DNA of 64,000 nucleotides from Flaccisagitta enflata (lineage: Eukaryota): positions 2,170,001 through 2,234,000 of the forward strand of contig OZ231126.1 in assembly GCA_965153355.1 (NCBI GenBank), in the 5' to 3' direction. The position numbers were made by a program, and so were the translations under genes. Shown here one piece after another: positions 1 to 39,394 of the stretch (position 1 is its first letter; every line of letters starts with the position of its first letter). The notes beneath the pieces were generated by a model, which saw nothing but the letters and a program-made list of their open reading frames with translations, had not been told where the DNA came from and did not search any database.

Positions 1-16
1 AAGGGATGCATATGGC

Positions 17-1145
17 ACGCCCCTTTCTAATTGAGGCAAGTAGGAAAAAATTCCACAGCATTGTGACACGTCTTATGTGACCAAGTACACTTTGGGGTAC
101 ATCACCATGCTTGAGAAAAAAAAATTCTGTTGGGATTTTTAGGAGAAAATGCCGTAAAATGCCGTAAAAAGCCGTTAAAATAGCAATTTTGACGAATTTG
201 TTGGTTTAAACTCAGTCAAAAATAATGGCTCTTGTCAGCAATAGGTCAAACAATATCTGTATCACATTAAGACGCATTCATGCAAAGATTCAAGCGATGA
301 CGTCATTATTGTACTTCATTTTATGTTGTAAAATGCCGTTAAAAGTGCGTTTGTGCCAAATCATCTGTTTTTATCCTCAAATTAGGCAACATTCATATGC
401 AAACTGACAGTAAATATGTATTGTGGCCTAGGACAAGAAATGTAAGAAGCTTAATACAAATCAAAGATATTCGGGCTTCTTAAAATACCGTAAAAGGTCG
501 CAAATTGCCGTAAAATGGCGTTTTTGACAATTTATTAGGTTAATTTGCCCTCAAACTTATTTGCATAAATGTATTTTAGTGCCATTTCATCATAAAATGG
601 TCATCATCTGACAAGTGGAGCAGTTTTTTAGGCAAATTCATATAAAAAACTGCCAATTTTGAAATTTTACGGCAATTTTCCGCCTATTACAGCTTTGCAA
701 TGTGACTGAATTTTTGTGTTCTGTTTTGAAACTAAAAAACATGTGTGTTGCAGGCCTCGGTACCCATTTGCTATTAGTTGTCAAGTGAAAATCAGGCTTT
801 AAGAAAGGGTTGTGCAGGAAAAACGGTGGAAAAACGGCATACTACGGCATTTTACAGCATAAAATGACATCCAATGATGACGGCATCAATTGAACATGAG
901 CATTAGTGCCATATCTCCATTATTTAGCAAGAGCCGCTGGTTTTGAGCAAGTTTCACCCATCGTAATGATCAAAAATGTCATTCTTACGGGTTTTTACGG
1001 CATTTTACGGCATTTCCTTGTAAAATTCCCAACAGAATTTTTTGTTTTTAGCTTGGATGCATGCGTCTACATGTATAAAGCGCCCCTGAATAGGCGGCTA
1101 TGCTGTGGAATTTTTTCCTACCTACCTCAGTTAAACAGGGGCGTG
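17..1145. mobile_element. Non-autonomous TIR element (MITE-like)
   Basis: cacgcccct...gtaggaaaaaattccacagca (17-60) is inverted at 1100-1145; internal inverted aaatgccgta/tacggcattt blocks. Confidence 0.75.
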
Positions 1146-1620
1146 ATTGTCAGCGGTACCCGTTGCCCTGCTCTGTTGCTGTTTTAAGGTAGAGTGAGAA
1201 CAGGGCAGCGGCCCAAGAGGACCGATGTCTTGTAAAACACAGGGGTTTAATTAACATCCGTCCAGAAAAGAGGTAAAGGGGTTTTCGAGGGCCGTATCAT
1301 ACCTCAGAGTTGTCTGGGGGCTGGATTGACCGATCTTAGGAGAGTTGACTGGGATTCGAGCCTTTATGGTGGGATTTGGGTCATTAGGCTCGGGTTTGGG
1401 CCAAAAGGCTGGGATTTAAGCCTTGTGGCTGTAATTAAGCCTCAAGGCTAGAATTTTGGTCTCGAGGCTGGGGTTCGGGCCAACAGACTGGGATTTAGGC
1501 CAGCAGGCTGCCCAATTTCATCACTGCCCCGACCCCTTCGTGTCACTACCCCTGTCCACCCTCAAGCGACTACTTATTGACCATGTATCTGACCTTGTTT
1601 TTTTGATGCCCAACCGTTAC

Positions 1621-26503
<24,883 letters not shown>

Positions 26504-27525
26504 CTTAAGCTCACTATCTTGGATAAAAAATCTTTCCTTTTGAAAAAGCTTTGAAGAAGTCCTGCTCTTTCACAAGTTTCTCTAACGGAATAGTATAACA
26601 CAATCTGCGAAGAAAAAGAGAATGACTTTTGACCATCAGAGGCCTTGAAAACGTCGTCTTTGCTGGTTTCTTTAACTACCAGTAGTGGCGGCTATCGCCG
26701 TTAGGAAAAAAGTCGTAAGCATTAGTCACTTTTCACCAAGCTTTTGTCCTCAGTTATTGCAAATTCTTTTACTTGTTAAATCAAAAGCAATTGTACGTAT
26801 TGATTGCACTAAAAATCTGTGAAAAATAGAACTGAGCCCAATGTGCTAGATGAGCTAAAACACTCGAAACACTCAACCAGACAACCAGTTTGCTCACTGA
26901 CATAAATATGCCACACAGCAACTGTAATGGAATAATATCATTCAGTTAATCTATTTTTCCGACAGCGGCCATGAAGGGACTGATGACCCATGCTTCCACA
27001 CACACTCTTCTCCTTCGCCTTCGTAACCCCCCCCCCCCCCCCGCTGCAAGACCCAAATCCCAGCCTTAAGGCCCATATCCCAGACTTGAGGCCCAAATCC
27101 TAGCCTCAAGGGTCAAAGTCCATCCTTGAGGCCCAAATCCCAGCCCCAAGGCCCAAGTCCCTGACTCAGAGCACAAGTCCTAACCTAATGGCCCGAATTC
27201 CATGCAGAAGAAGGAGGAGGAGGAGGAGGTGAACTTTACTCATGTGTGCCATGCTCCCTCTTTCAACTTCAATCACAACCTACTAAAGCAAAGTACACTG
27301 ACCGCTAGTGTCAGATGGTCGTAGTACCTGATGCCCCTAGGCTATCTTTATGTGAGGATGAGATGGTGTGAGGGGCAGCGGCCCTTGGAGGGACCTATGA
27401 ACTATGCTTAGGCATATGGAGTATCATAGAGCATTTCATGCTTTGATTAAAGTTGAATTGGACCACAAGGCTAGGATTTGAGCCCTGAGGCTGAGACTTT
27501 TGTTTTCAGGCTGAGATTTGGGCTA

Positions 27526-28118
27526 CTATCTAGGAAATAAGTTTGGAAACACCTTCAAAGAGACATAACTTGACTTCCTGTTGAGATAACTAAACAAAAT
27601 TCATAAGCATTTTAAACTATGTTAAATAATCTACAATCTGAGCTCAATCTCGTTTGTGTGCATCAAACCGTTTAGAAATGCCATTAGTTTGAAGTTGATC
27701 ACATACTTTCAAAAATGGCAAAAATAATAGGAATTTTGTTTTCTTCTTCCCTTCTATCTTCGAAATGCTCTCAAATCTATTCAAAATGAGATATAAACAT
27801 GCGGATTGCACCACTGGTTAGCTCTTGAGCCCTAGTTTTATAATTTCATGGATTTTTAATCAGATTTCAAGAGGGAAGTAGCCCAAATTTACTGCCAAAA
27901 TGATCAAAATCCACTATGTTTACCACAATGATTTCTGAGTTATGATATACAAACTTAACTTGCGGTCCCTAAACTGGATTGAAAATTGTTTTTCTCTTTT
28001 GTTCCAGTTAATATAAATATAAGAATAATCAAAAATGATCAGGTAGAAAATTTTTGAGCACATGAAGCGAGAAAAGTACCATCAACCCTAAGTGTTTCCA
28101 AACTTTTTTCCTAGATAG
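27526..28118. mobile_element. MITE with TA duplication
   Basis: ta|ctatctaggaaataagtttggaaacac ... gtgtttccaaacttttttcctagatag|ta. Confidence 0.75.
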
Positions 28119-28639
28119 TATAAGGCTGCAATTGAACTATCAAGGTTGAATTTGGGCCTTGAGGCTGGGATATGGGCGGGCCTCAAGGCTGGATTTAGGC
28201 CTCATGGCTAGGATCTGAGCCAGTGAGCCTTAGGGCTACAATTAGGACTTCAAGGCCAGGACTGGGGCCTCAAGGCCAAGATTTGGGCTTCAAAGTCACG
28301 ATTTGGGCCTCATGGTCAGGATTTGGGCCTCGAGTCCAGGGTTTGGGCCACAAGTCTAGGATTTGAGTGGGGGCAGGGGTACCTAAAAGAAGGAGGAGAA
28401 GGAGAAGAAGATGAAATTCCAAGGGTGTATATTGTTCTGTAATCTTTGACTATTTCTCCCCCCCTGCTTTTGATTTTCTTCCCCGCGACACATAGCGTCG
28501 CATTACCAAATCTATGATTTCCTTCTCCATACAGCAATAAAACTATGTATTTCAGGTTAAAATAGTATTAAATTGTGTTTTACTTATCATGTTTTATGAT
28601 TTGTTGCTGCCAAAAGTTAAATTTTCCCCAAATTTTCAT

Positions 28640-31536
28640 TTTTGGGCAGCGGCCCCAGAGGGGACAATGTCCTGTAGAACACAGGGGGACTTTTGTTTGT
28701 TTGTCCGTTTGTTTGTCTGTTTGTTTGTCTGTCTGTTTGTCTGTCTGTTTGTCCCTCCGTTTGTCCGTCTGTTTGTCCTCCCCCGCCTTGAGACTCAAGG
28801 CTCAGATCCCAGCTTCAAGGCTCAAATCCCAGCCTCAAGGCTCAAATCCCAGCCTCATGGCTCAAATTCCAGCCTTGAGGCTCAAATCCCAGCCTCATGG
28901 CTCAAATCCCAGCTCAAATCCGAGCCTCGAGACTCAAATCCCAGCTTTGAGGCTAAAAAACCCAGCCTCAAGGCTCAAATCCCAGCTCAAATCCAAGCCT
29001 CGAGACTCAAATCCCAGCTTTGAGGCTAAAAAACCCAGCCTCAAGGCTCAAATCCCAACCTCAAGGCTCAAATTGCACACGCAGACAGACAAACGAATGA
29101 AAGTCCCCCTGTGTTTTGCAGGACATTATCCCCTTGGGGGCCGCTGCCCTGCTACCCATCACCTACAAAAACCAACATACACAGCAGAGCAACGGTTGTC
29201 GCTGACCACATATTGCCCTTTTGTTTGTTTGTCCGTCAGTTCATCCCTCCATTCCTCAAGGGCCTTGAGCCAAGGCTCAAATCCCAGCCTCGAGGTTCAA
29301 ATCCCAGTCTTAAGGCTCAAACCCCAGCCTTGAGGCTCAAATCCCAGCCTCAAGGCTCAAATCCCAGTCTCAAGGCTCAAATCGCACACATGGACGGACA
29401 AACAAATGAAAGTCCCCCTGTGTTCTGCAGGACATCGTCCCCTTCAGGGCCACTGCCCTGCTACTCATCACCTACAACTAGTCATCCAAGGATCGCACAT
29501 GGTCAGCGGTACCCGATGCCCTGCTGGAGTGATCAAGTTAAGTAGTGGAGTGAGAGCAGGGCAGCGGCCCCAAAGGGCCGGTGTCCTGTAGGACACAGGG
29601 GTGAATTTCGAGACGTCCTGAGGCAGATTTGAAGTTGGGGTGGCAGGATTTAGCCCAAAAGAGCAGATTTGAGGTTTGGGGGGCAGGCTTGAGGCCTAGA
29701 GGACAAATTTGAGGCCTGAAGGTTTGATTTGAGGCCTGAAGGGCTGATTTGAGGTCTGGAGGGCTGATTTGCGGTCTTGAGGGCATATTTGAGGTCCGAA
29801 GAGCTGATTTGAGCTCTCAAGGGCTAAATTGAGGTCTGAAAGGGCTAATTTGATGGCTCAAGGGCCAAAATCAGGCCTGAGACTGCAGAATTGAGGCTTC
29901 GATGGCCAAGGGGGGGGACGGAAGGACTGAAGGACGGAAGGACGGACGTCTCGAAATTCCCCCCTGTGTCCTACAGAACCCTTTGGGGCCGCTGCCCAAA
30001 AACCAACATACACAGCAGGGCAAGGGGTATCGCTGACCACATATTGATTGGTTTCTCTTTTTGGGCAGCGGCCCCGGAGGGGCCGATGACCTATGATTCC
30101 ACATAGGGCAATTTTCTCCGGTTTCCGTCTGTCCGTCCCCCCCCAAAGGCTTTCCAGGCCCAAAATCAAGCCTGTATAAGCCCAAATTAGGCCTCTCAGA
30201 CCTCTAATCAGGCCTCTCAGACCCAAAATGGGGGCTCTAAGGCTCAAAATCAGTTTTTCCAGGCCTCAAATAAGGCCTTTCAGACCTCAAATTAGGCCTT
30301 TGAGACCCTAGATTGGACCTCTCAAACCTCAAATTAGGCCTCTCAGATCCCATATCAAGCCTCAGATCCATGATGAAGCAGGCCTTTCAGACCCCTAGTC
30401 AAACCTCCCAGACCCCAAATCTGGTCTCTCCAGCCAAAAAGCAGGCCTCATATTCCCTAAATCATGCATCCCAGACCCATATTCAGACATCTTAGCCCCC
30501 AAAATCAGCTTCTCAAACATTCGTTTGTCCAAGTCCCCTCCACCCAACCACAAATCACTCTTCTCAACTCTGGCCTCAAATGATGCCCCTAAGACCCCAA
30601 ATCTGGCATCTCAGACCCCAAAGCAGGCCCATTGGTCAACAAACAGAAAACAGAAACTGAAGAAAATTGCCCTATGTGGAATCACAGGTCATTGGTCCCT
30701 CCGGGGCTGCTGCCTCTTTCACCGTCTCATCCTTACATACAGCAACATAGGGGCATCAGGCACCGCTGACCATGTAACGCTTTTGCGACTATTTCCTCCT
30801 TCCTTTTCCACTCCATTCACCAAACCCTGTGATTTCCCCCCCCCCCGGGGAATACAGAACAATATACAGGCCTGTGAAATTCTCCCATAAGTGAAAGCAT
30901 AGGTCATCAGCTCTTCTGGGGCTGCTGCCCAAAAAAGAGATGAATACTATCATATATAAAAGAAACATCATTGAGTCACCAAAGTGCACAATAATTTTTC
31001 TATATTGACCAATAAAGGCAGCTTTTGCGGTTGGAAAAAGTTGTAGATAGGTGTGTATGTCTGTTTGTCTATCTGTCTGTGCCTGTCTGTCTGTCTGTCA
31101 CTCTGTCTCACCCGCATTATCCATTTTTCATCCCTTTTTAGGCAGAGGCTCCGAAGGGGTTGATGACCTATGCTTTCACACATATGGGGGATTTTCTCCT
31201 CCTTCTTCTTCTTCTTCTTCTTCTTCTTCTCCTCCTCCTCCTCCTTTGTACCCCCCTTCCCCCCAACCTCCAGGCCCATATCTCAGCCTCAAGGCCCGTA
31301 TCCCAGCCTCAAGGTCCAGATCCCTGTCTTGAGGCCCAAATCCCAACCCCAAGGCCTAAATCCCAGTCTCAAGGGATTTGGGCCTCAAGACTGGGATTTG
31401 GGCCTCAAGGCTAGGATATGGGCTTTGAGGCTGAGATATGGGCCTGGAGGTTGAGGGGATGGGGGGTGCGGAGGAGGAGAAGGAGGAGGAGAAGAAGAAG
31501 GAGGAGGTGAAAATCCCCCATATGTGTGAAAGCATA
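28640..31536. mobile_element. Cluster of HINE-like elements with 21-bp (cccagcctcaaggctcaaat)-type cores
   Basis: Repeated heads tttgggcagcggcccc..aggg and tails cgctgaccacatattg / cgctgaccatgtaacgcttttgcgacta. Confidence 0.65.
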
Positions 31537-32104
31537 CCGGGTCATCAGCCTGAGATGCCAGATAATGTTAAGCTTTTACTCTGAGATGCCACATATCACG
31601 GATTTCAGACTGATTGTCTCTTAAAGAGTATAGATTGACGTTTTTTGTGTCAAAATTTCATCAAAATTGGTCAAGTAGTTTAGATTTTACAAGCATTTAA
31701 GTGAAAATCTTCCTTTCTGCCACTTCTGTTTTTTGATGGGAAAAAGGAGGAACAGTGTTTTTCCCCATTCTCTCATTTTGCAATATTTTGAGCCAGACAC
31801 ACAAGATTGGTCCTAAATAAAAGAGGATTTGACAAATTTATGAAACTACATCAAATTTTTTTTCCAAACTAGACCATTGACCTGTTCCCAGCTCAAACTA
31901 AGAGAAATTTGAAAATGTTCTTTTTCACAATTTTTACTGAAAATTCTGTCATTGTGAGAAAATTAGTTTTTACTTCAAAGACTTGTAAAATCTGAATTAC
32001 TTGACCAATATTCTCTTCAAGAGACAATCAGTATGAAATCCAAGGTATGTGGCATCTCTTAGTAAAAGCTTAACAGAATCCGGCATCTCAGGCTGATGAA
32101 CCTG
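31537..32104. mobile_element. MITE with TA duplication inserted in a palindromic HINE-like element
   Basis: tcatcagcctgagatgcc / ggcatctcaggctgatga TIRs; host gaaagcaTA...TAggtcatc is split. Confidence 0.8.
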
Positions 32105-33455
32105 TAGGTCATCAACCCCTTTGGGGCCGCTGCCCTGCTCCCCCCTCAACTTCAACCATAACCTACTAAACTGGGCACAGGTACCACTGACCATCTTAAG
32201 CTTTTGCGACTATTTAGGATCAAGCAGGCTTGCAAATCTAAGTTGAACCCAAAAAAACAAAAAATCCCTATGCATACTGTATTGATCCGGTTAAAAGCTC
32301 TATGAGTCAAAAATTATTGTCACACAGACTTCTGCTAGGCACCATCTGAAAGAGCACGGTCAAATTTACTTACTAAATTTCACGCATAGGCTTGTTTGGC
32401 CCATAAAAAAAAACATAGACTTCCTCAAAACACACAAGAAAGAGGGGAAAACCAAATTCCTCTGCAGGTCCCAAAATCCGAAGGTAATTACATCGACCTT
32501 TTTCGAATGATTGCTAAAGCGATTTTGATGTATTTTTTAGATTCATTAATTTAATGAGATTCTCTATTTTACGATAACATTGTCTTTCAAAAAAGTTGAA
32601 GGGAAAATACTTTTTCAGTAATAAGATCCAGAGGAAAAAGAAATAGAGGAGCAAGGACATCAAGTCAAGGATGAGTTAAATAGAGACAAGGGTAAAGTGA
32701 TCTGTCTGATTATTTATCAGACTGGGCCGTTAAAAACCACATGGTGCCAGAACGGCTGCCTACAGCTTTGTTTCTCCTAGCAAAAAGTTATGTTAGGTTT
32801 AATGGTTCTATCATTTTTGCTCATACCCCCTTACGTTCTATTGCAAATATAGAGGAAGAATTTGGACCTCCGAATATTGGAAAATTTGGAGTTTCAATCA
32901 GAACGTTGCTAATATATTGATTGATTGATTTTGATTGCTCATATGTGCGTTCATCACATTATAACAAAGAATGTTATGGAGCAGTACCAAGGTACAATGG
33001 GCAAAAGGCATCTAAAAACTAAATAGTCCCAATGCATGTCCGTATGTCTGTGTATTGATAATAAAACAATAAAAATAAATGTAAATGGAGGGGGGGTTGT
33101 AAATACTTGGGTATATAACCCCTCACCTCCCAAAAAAAGACCAAAAAATCAAAGACAAGAAATTAAAAAAAAAAACAATAAGTCGGTAATGAATGATGAA
33201 ATTGATGCATTGATGCATTGATGTAATGCAAGAGAGCAAATTGACGTATAATTTAAGACCGAATGGACGGACTTACTCACAAGCCCTTCACCTAAACTTA
33301 AGGGGTATTTAAAGAATGAAAAAAGAAAAAAAAAAGAAAAAAAAAAAACAAAAAAAAAAAAAAACAAGCAATCTACTTGTTGCCTCTACAGTCTTCCCAT
33401 TACCATAAGAGGCCCACTTCGTCGATTAGTCGGTCCCCCTTTCCGTTGGTCCATT

Positions 33456-33612
<157 letters not shown>

Positions 33613-34535
33613 AGGTCTAAGAATAGGCATAGGTCTAGGAATAGGTAATTGGCTTTAAACAGCAAACTGTGCTCGGAATACTACAATGTAAATAATTCCC
33701 GGCGCACCGTCTGGGCTGGCTTATCCGACCTTGTTATTTGAATCATGATCTTTTATTTCCGAATTCATTTGAGACCTGGTCGACGGCTGCCGATGCCGCT
33801 TTTATAGACTCTTTTAACATCTGCAGCCTGGTACATATGTAACATATGGTACATGTGGCACATATGGTACTACAGTATGAGTGTTCTCAAATGAAACGGA
33901 AAATGACAGCGTAACATGATAACCACCTTCAATTCCAGATTGAGGCAAAACCACTTGACATCCAAAGCTCAGATTTGGCACTATCAAATGCCCGAACGTT
34001 TTCTTTTAGCCATTTTTTTTTCACAATTTTATTTCAAAATCATACAAAGTATCTGTAAACTATCTGATCTTGTATCTTTACTCATTTACACCTTTACACA
34101 CTAATACCATTACGCCAACCTGAGCTTACATCTGCCACAAGTACATGTTCTTTCAATATTTGATCTTACGTTTGATGCTGGTACATAGTGCATACAATCG
34201 TTCTTGCGCCTGCCCCAAGACAGCACACCCTTTTAACTTCTGGTACTATCTTAGAAATAAAAAGGTTTCCACCTGTAACATTACTTCATTTATTGACATA
34301 AAAATGAACACAAATCAATTGCAAATCCATGAATATTTTATGTTAGCCTCCTTTGACTGAATCACTGCCGCCATTCATCAGAGAAAGAATTTACAGAGCT
34401 TCTCGCGGTACTTTGGAGTGATGGCGTTTCAGAACTTTCTAGGGATTTTCTTGATCTTTTCCTTTGCTACGTTTAAACTTACAGCTTCAAAGAGATTCAA
34501 CAAATCATAAAAAAATTTGTGACATAGATGTAGAC

Positions 34536-37500
34536 CAGACTGGGCCGTAGGACCCTTATGAAGGCAGATTGGCTACCAACAGCAGGGACTGGCTTCATTC
34601 ATCATAACAACAAGATTTGCCAAGTTTCATGACCATATGATCGATTTTACTCATGGCCGCCACCCCCCCTAAAATCCCAGCATGAGGGTTGTTGTGGTAG
34701 AAATTCCAACTTTGGGTCACTTTGGCCTCAAAATTAGGCCCCTTCAAATTTAAATTTTGACCTAAAATCCATGAGATTATAAAACTAGAGCTCAAGAGCT
34801 AACTAGTGGTGCAATCCGCATGTTTTTATCTGAATTTGTTGAGATTTGAGAGCATTTCAAAGATGAAAGGGTATGAGGGTCAAATTGCATCCTTTTTTCA
34901 GTGGCAATTTTGATATTTTTCACAGATTTGGACATATTTCGGCTTTGAATGGACCAATCTGCATGAAATTGGTGATCAAATTGAAGAGTTTTTGCTGCTC
35001 TAGCTGATGGTGAAAAAATTTTTGATCGATTTTGCCCTCAACTTTTTTTATTGACTGTAGAAGCAGGTGTAAAAAAGTCGATTTTCTTGAAAATTAAGCA
35101 ATTTTGGACAAAAAATTAGACCACTTCCATTTTTAAAAAAGACTTAAAATCCATGAGCAAAATAAAGAGCTGCTCAAGAGCTAACTAGTGGTGCAATTGG
35201 CATGTCAATATGTTTTTGCATTTAGATTTTACGGAACTTTAAAGATCAAAGGGTATGTCAAAATGACCATTTATTATCACTTTGGCCGCTTTGGACTCAA
35301 TATGGTGTCACTTTGCTGTAGAAATTGATAAAAAAAATCTGTGAGATTATAAAACTAGAGCTCAAGAGCTAACCAGTGGTGCAATCCGCATATTTTTATC
35401 TTAATTTGTTAAGATTTTAGAGCATTTCAAAGATGAAAGGGCAGGAAGGTCAAATTGCAGCTTAAATTTCAATGACACTTATCACTAATTTCAATGTTTC
35501 TCGGCTTTGGATGAACCAATCTGCATGAAATTGGTGACCAAACTGAAGAGTTTTTGCTTCTCTAGCAGATGGTAAAGGATTTTTTGATCGATATGCCCCC
35601 CCAATTTTTTTTAATGACCATGGAAGCAGATGCAAAAAGTGTTTTTTTTTTTGTAAATTGGGCAATTTTGGATAACAAATTCGGCTACTTCCAATTCAAT
35701 AAATGACCTAAAATCCATGACCAAAATAAAGAATTGTTTGAGAGCTAACTAGTGTTGCAATCGCCATGTCTTTATGATTATGCATTTAAATTTGACAGAA
35801 TTTAAAAGATTAAAGAGACTGTCCAAATTAGTATGTAAGGCCATTTTGGCCATTTTGGCACAGATATATCAAAATCCGCGAAAATTGTCAAAATTGTTGC
35901 TAAAACAAAAACAGCAGATGGTCCTCTTACCCTCCGTCTTTAAAACTCTGTCAAATCCAAACAAAAAAAGGTAAATAGATGCAAATTGCGCGAATGGTTA
36001 GCTCTTGAGCTCTAGTTTTATATTCTCATGGACTTTGGGTCAAATTTCAAAAGCAAAGTAGCCCAATTTTGAGCCAAAAATGACAAAAATTACCAAAACT
36101 TTCATTTTATCATACCCACTGTTCTTCAAAGCTCTAATAGATCTATATGCTTCAACATATTGAGATGTCGATTGCACCACTGATTAGCTCTTGAGTTTGA
36201 TTTGCTCATGAATTTCTTGTCTTTTTCTGGCTAGGAAGCCCAAAATTTTGTGACAAAAGTAAGCAAATGGGCAAAAAAATACTCTTTTTAGCACCTGCTT
36301 CTACAGTCTCCAAAACATTTTGAGGGTCATATCGATCAAAAATCTTACCAGAATCAACTAGAGCATCAAAAAATCTTCAATTTGGTCACCAATTTTATCC
36401 ATATTTGTCCATCCAAAGCCGAGATATATCAAAAAATGTGAAAATTGTCAAATTTGACCCCCAAGTTAATCCGGTAAAATAACCCTCATACCATTCCATC
36501 TTTGAAATGCTCTCAAACATAAATGAAAAATGATAGCAACATGCGGATTGCACCACTGGTTAGCTCTTGATCTCTAGTTTTATAATCTCACAGATTTTTC
36601 TATCGATTTCTGCGGCAAAGTGAACCCAAATTGAGGCCAAAACGGCCAAAGTGACCATAAATGGTCATTTTGACACACCCTTTGATCTTTGAAGTTCTGT
36701 AAAATCTAAATGCAAAAACATATTGACATGCCAATTGCACCACTAATTAGCTCTTGAGCAGCTCTTTATTTTGCTCATGGATTTTAAGTCTTTTTCAAAA
36801 ATGGAAGTGGTCTAATTTTTTGTCCAAAATTGCTCAATTTTCAAGAAAATCGACCTTTTGGGCAGCGGCCCCGAAGGGGTCGATGACCTATGCTTTCACA
36901 CATATGGGGAATTTTCTCCTCCTTCTTCTTCTTCTTCGTACCCCCCCTCCCCCCAGCCTCCAGGCCCATATCTCAGCCTGGAGGCCCATATCCCAGCCTG
37001 GACGCCCAAATCCCAGTCTTGAGGCTCAAATCCCATCCTCAAGGCCAAAATCTCAACCCCAAGGCCCAGATTCCACTCTCTAGGGATTTGGGCCTCATAA
37101 CTGGAATCTGGGCCATGGGGTTGAGATTTTGGCCTTGAGGATGGGATTTGAGCCTCAAGACTGGGATTTGGGCCTCCAGGCTGGGATATGGGCCTCCAGG
37201 CTGAGATATGGGCCTGGAGGCTGGGGGGAGGGGGGGTGCGGAGAAGAAGGAGAAGGAGGAGAAAATTCCCCATATGTGTGGAAGCATAGGTCATCGACCC
37301 CTTCGGGGCCGCTGCCCTGCTCCCCCCTCAACTTAAACCTCAACCTACTTAAGCAGGGCACGGGTACTGCTGACAACGCTTTTGCGACTATTTACACCTG
37401 CTTCTACAGTCAATAAAAAAAGTTGAGGGCAAAATCGATCAAAAATTTTTTTACCATCAGCTAGAGCAGCAAAAACTCTTCAATTTGATCACCAATTTCA

Positions 37501-37918
37501 TGCAGATTGGTCCATCCAAAGCCAAAATATGTTCAAATCTGTGACAAATGTCAAAATTGCCACCGAAAATAAGCTGCAATTTGACCCTCATACCCTTTCA
37601 TCTTGGAAATGCTCTCAAATCTCAACAAATTAGGATAAAAACATGCGGATTGCATCAGGAGTTAGGTCTTGAGCTCTAGTTTTATAATCTCATGGATTTT
37701 AGGTCAAAATTAAAATTTGAAGGGGCCTAATTTTGAGGCCAAAGTGACTCAAAGTTGGAATTTTTACCACAACAACCCTCATGCTAAGATTTTAGGGGGG
37801 GTGGCGGCCATGAGTAAAATCGATCATATGGTCATGAAACTTGGCAAATCTTGTTGTTATGATAAATGAAGCCAGTCCCTGCTGTTGGTAGCCGATCTGC
37901 CTTCATAAGGGTCCTACG
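34536..37918. mobile_element. Foldback-type element with ~1 kb modular inverted arms
   Basis: cgtaggacccttatgaaggcaga... inverted at 37918; gagctcaagagctaactagtggtgcaat motif repeated in both arms. Confidence 0.8.
36857..37394 (+). mobile_element. Palindromic HINE-like element inserted in a T-run without TSD
   Basis: About 460-bp palindrome plus tail; the opposite foldback arm shows the empty site cgacttttttacacctg. Confidence 0.8.
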
Positions 37919-38580
37919 TAGACCTTCAAATTTGCAAGCAGTCTACACAAACCGCATCCGTCTGGCTCAATGCATTTAGAAGTTATTTGAAAAAAAATGA
38001 TGTTTATCATTTGAAGATGGTATAGAAATGGCAAAAACAAAATTGAAACATTTCATTCAAAGTTGAATAACTTTTGAATGCATTGAGTTAGAGAGATGCG
38101 GTTTGCGTAGATTGCTTGCAAATTTGAAGGGCTTTAAAAATCTCACCAATTTTTTAATGATTCGTTGATTCTAGTCTGAGATATACATGTAATCGTGCAG
38201 AAACCTTTTTATTTCTAAGATAGTACTAATCGGGTCTAACATTTTTGTTTAATCAACACCACCATCACCTCCCCCCCCCCGTGGTTCCCAGGACTTTTTG
38301 GTAACTTAAACTTTCTTTGCCTGACCTAAATCATCTTTGTCAGTCGGTCGGTCCGCTCGATTGGTTGGTCATGCATTCCATTTTTTGGGCATTTTCGTTT
38401 TTTGCATCACTGCTCCTGCCCAATTGCCCGCCTGGTTTCCCTGGTTTCCCTGGTTTCCCTGGTTCCCTGGTTCCCCTGCTCACCTGCACGAGACATAGGT
38501 GACCGTATATTTGGCCTTGTATCCTCGTGGTTTCGTACTTTATTTTGCCTTGAAGTCAGCCCTTAAGTGCCGCAATGTTA

Positions 38581-39117
38581 CAGTACCTTCCGAGCAAACC
38601 CGGCTAAAACTGGAGGATTAATTTTTGTTACTTTAATTTCATTTCCTAAAATTCATTTTTTGTACAAAACTTAATTAAAAGATACTTAATTCCTTGAACA
38701 TATTTGGCTGTCAAAAAAAATAATTTGTGAAATCAAAGTGCATGAAGACATCAATATTGAGTGTTCTAACCCAGACCATTGGATTTGGCAGAAAATTTTA
38801 CCTATCCTAGACTACAAGAACAGCTCAGTCAGATAATTATTTCAGATTTTACAGCCATTTAAAGTTTTTAAGGACAATTGTCTCAAAATAATTTAGGACA
38901 ATTGTCCTTAAAAACTTTAAATGGCCATAAAATCTGAAATAATTATCTGACTGAGCTGTTCTTGTAGTCTTGGATAGGTAAAATTTTCTGCCAAATATGT
39001 TCAAGGAATTAAGTATCTTTTAATTAAGTTTGATGCAAAAAATGAAGTTTTTGAAATGAAATTAAAGTACCAAAAATTAATCCTCCAGTTTTAACCGGAT
39101 TTGCTCGGAAGGTACTG
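38581..39117. mobile_element. Palindromic Tc1/mariner-type MITE, TA duplication
   Basis: ta|cagtaccttccgagcaaa ... tttgctcggaaggtactg|ta. Confidence 0.9.
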
Positions 39118-39356
39118 TATTAAGAAATTTGAACCATTCCCTTTGAACTTTTTTCCCTAACAATTTTCATGGTCTTTACTTTTTTCCCCTCGAAATTTGA
39201 TCCGACATTAAAACAAAAAACGCGGGGTCACAATATTGTTGCGGATGGGTGAGCAGGTGCCTCCAACCCCCATCCACGCCTCATGCCCCCCACCTACCCA
39301 ATTGAGATCTAAAACTTGTTTTTCCACTTTTCGACTTATGTGTTACGGACGGACAG

Positions 39357-39394
<38 letters not shown>

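Larger units (their letters stand above)
34243..38226. mobile_element. Outer TIR element hosting nested insertions
   Basis: gtactatcttagaaataaaaaggttt is inverted at 38201-38226. Confidence 0.65.

Noticed and set aside
28575-29545. 252-aa and neighbouring ORFs with SRLKSQP repeats
   Set aside because: Open frames of the 21-bp tandem core of non-autonomous elements.
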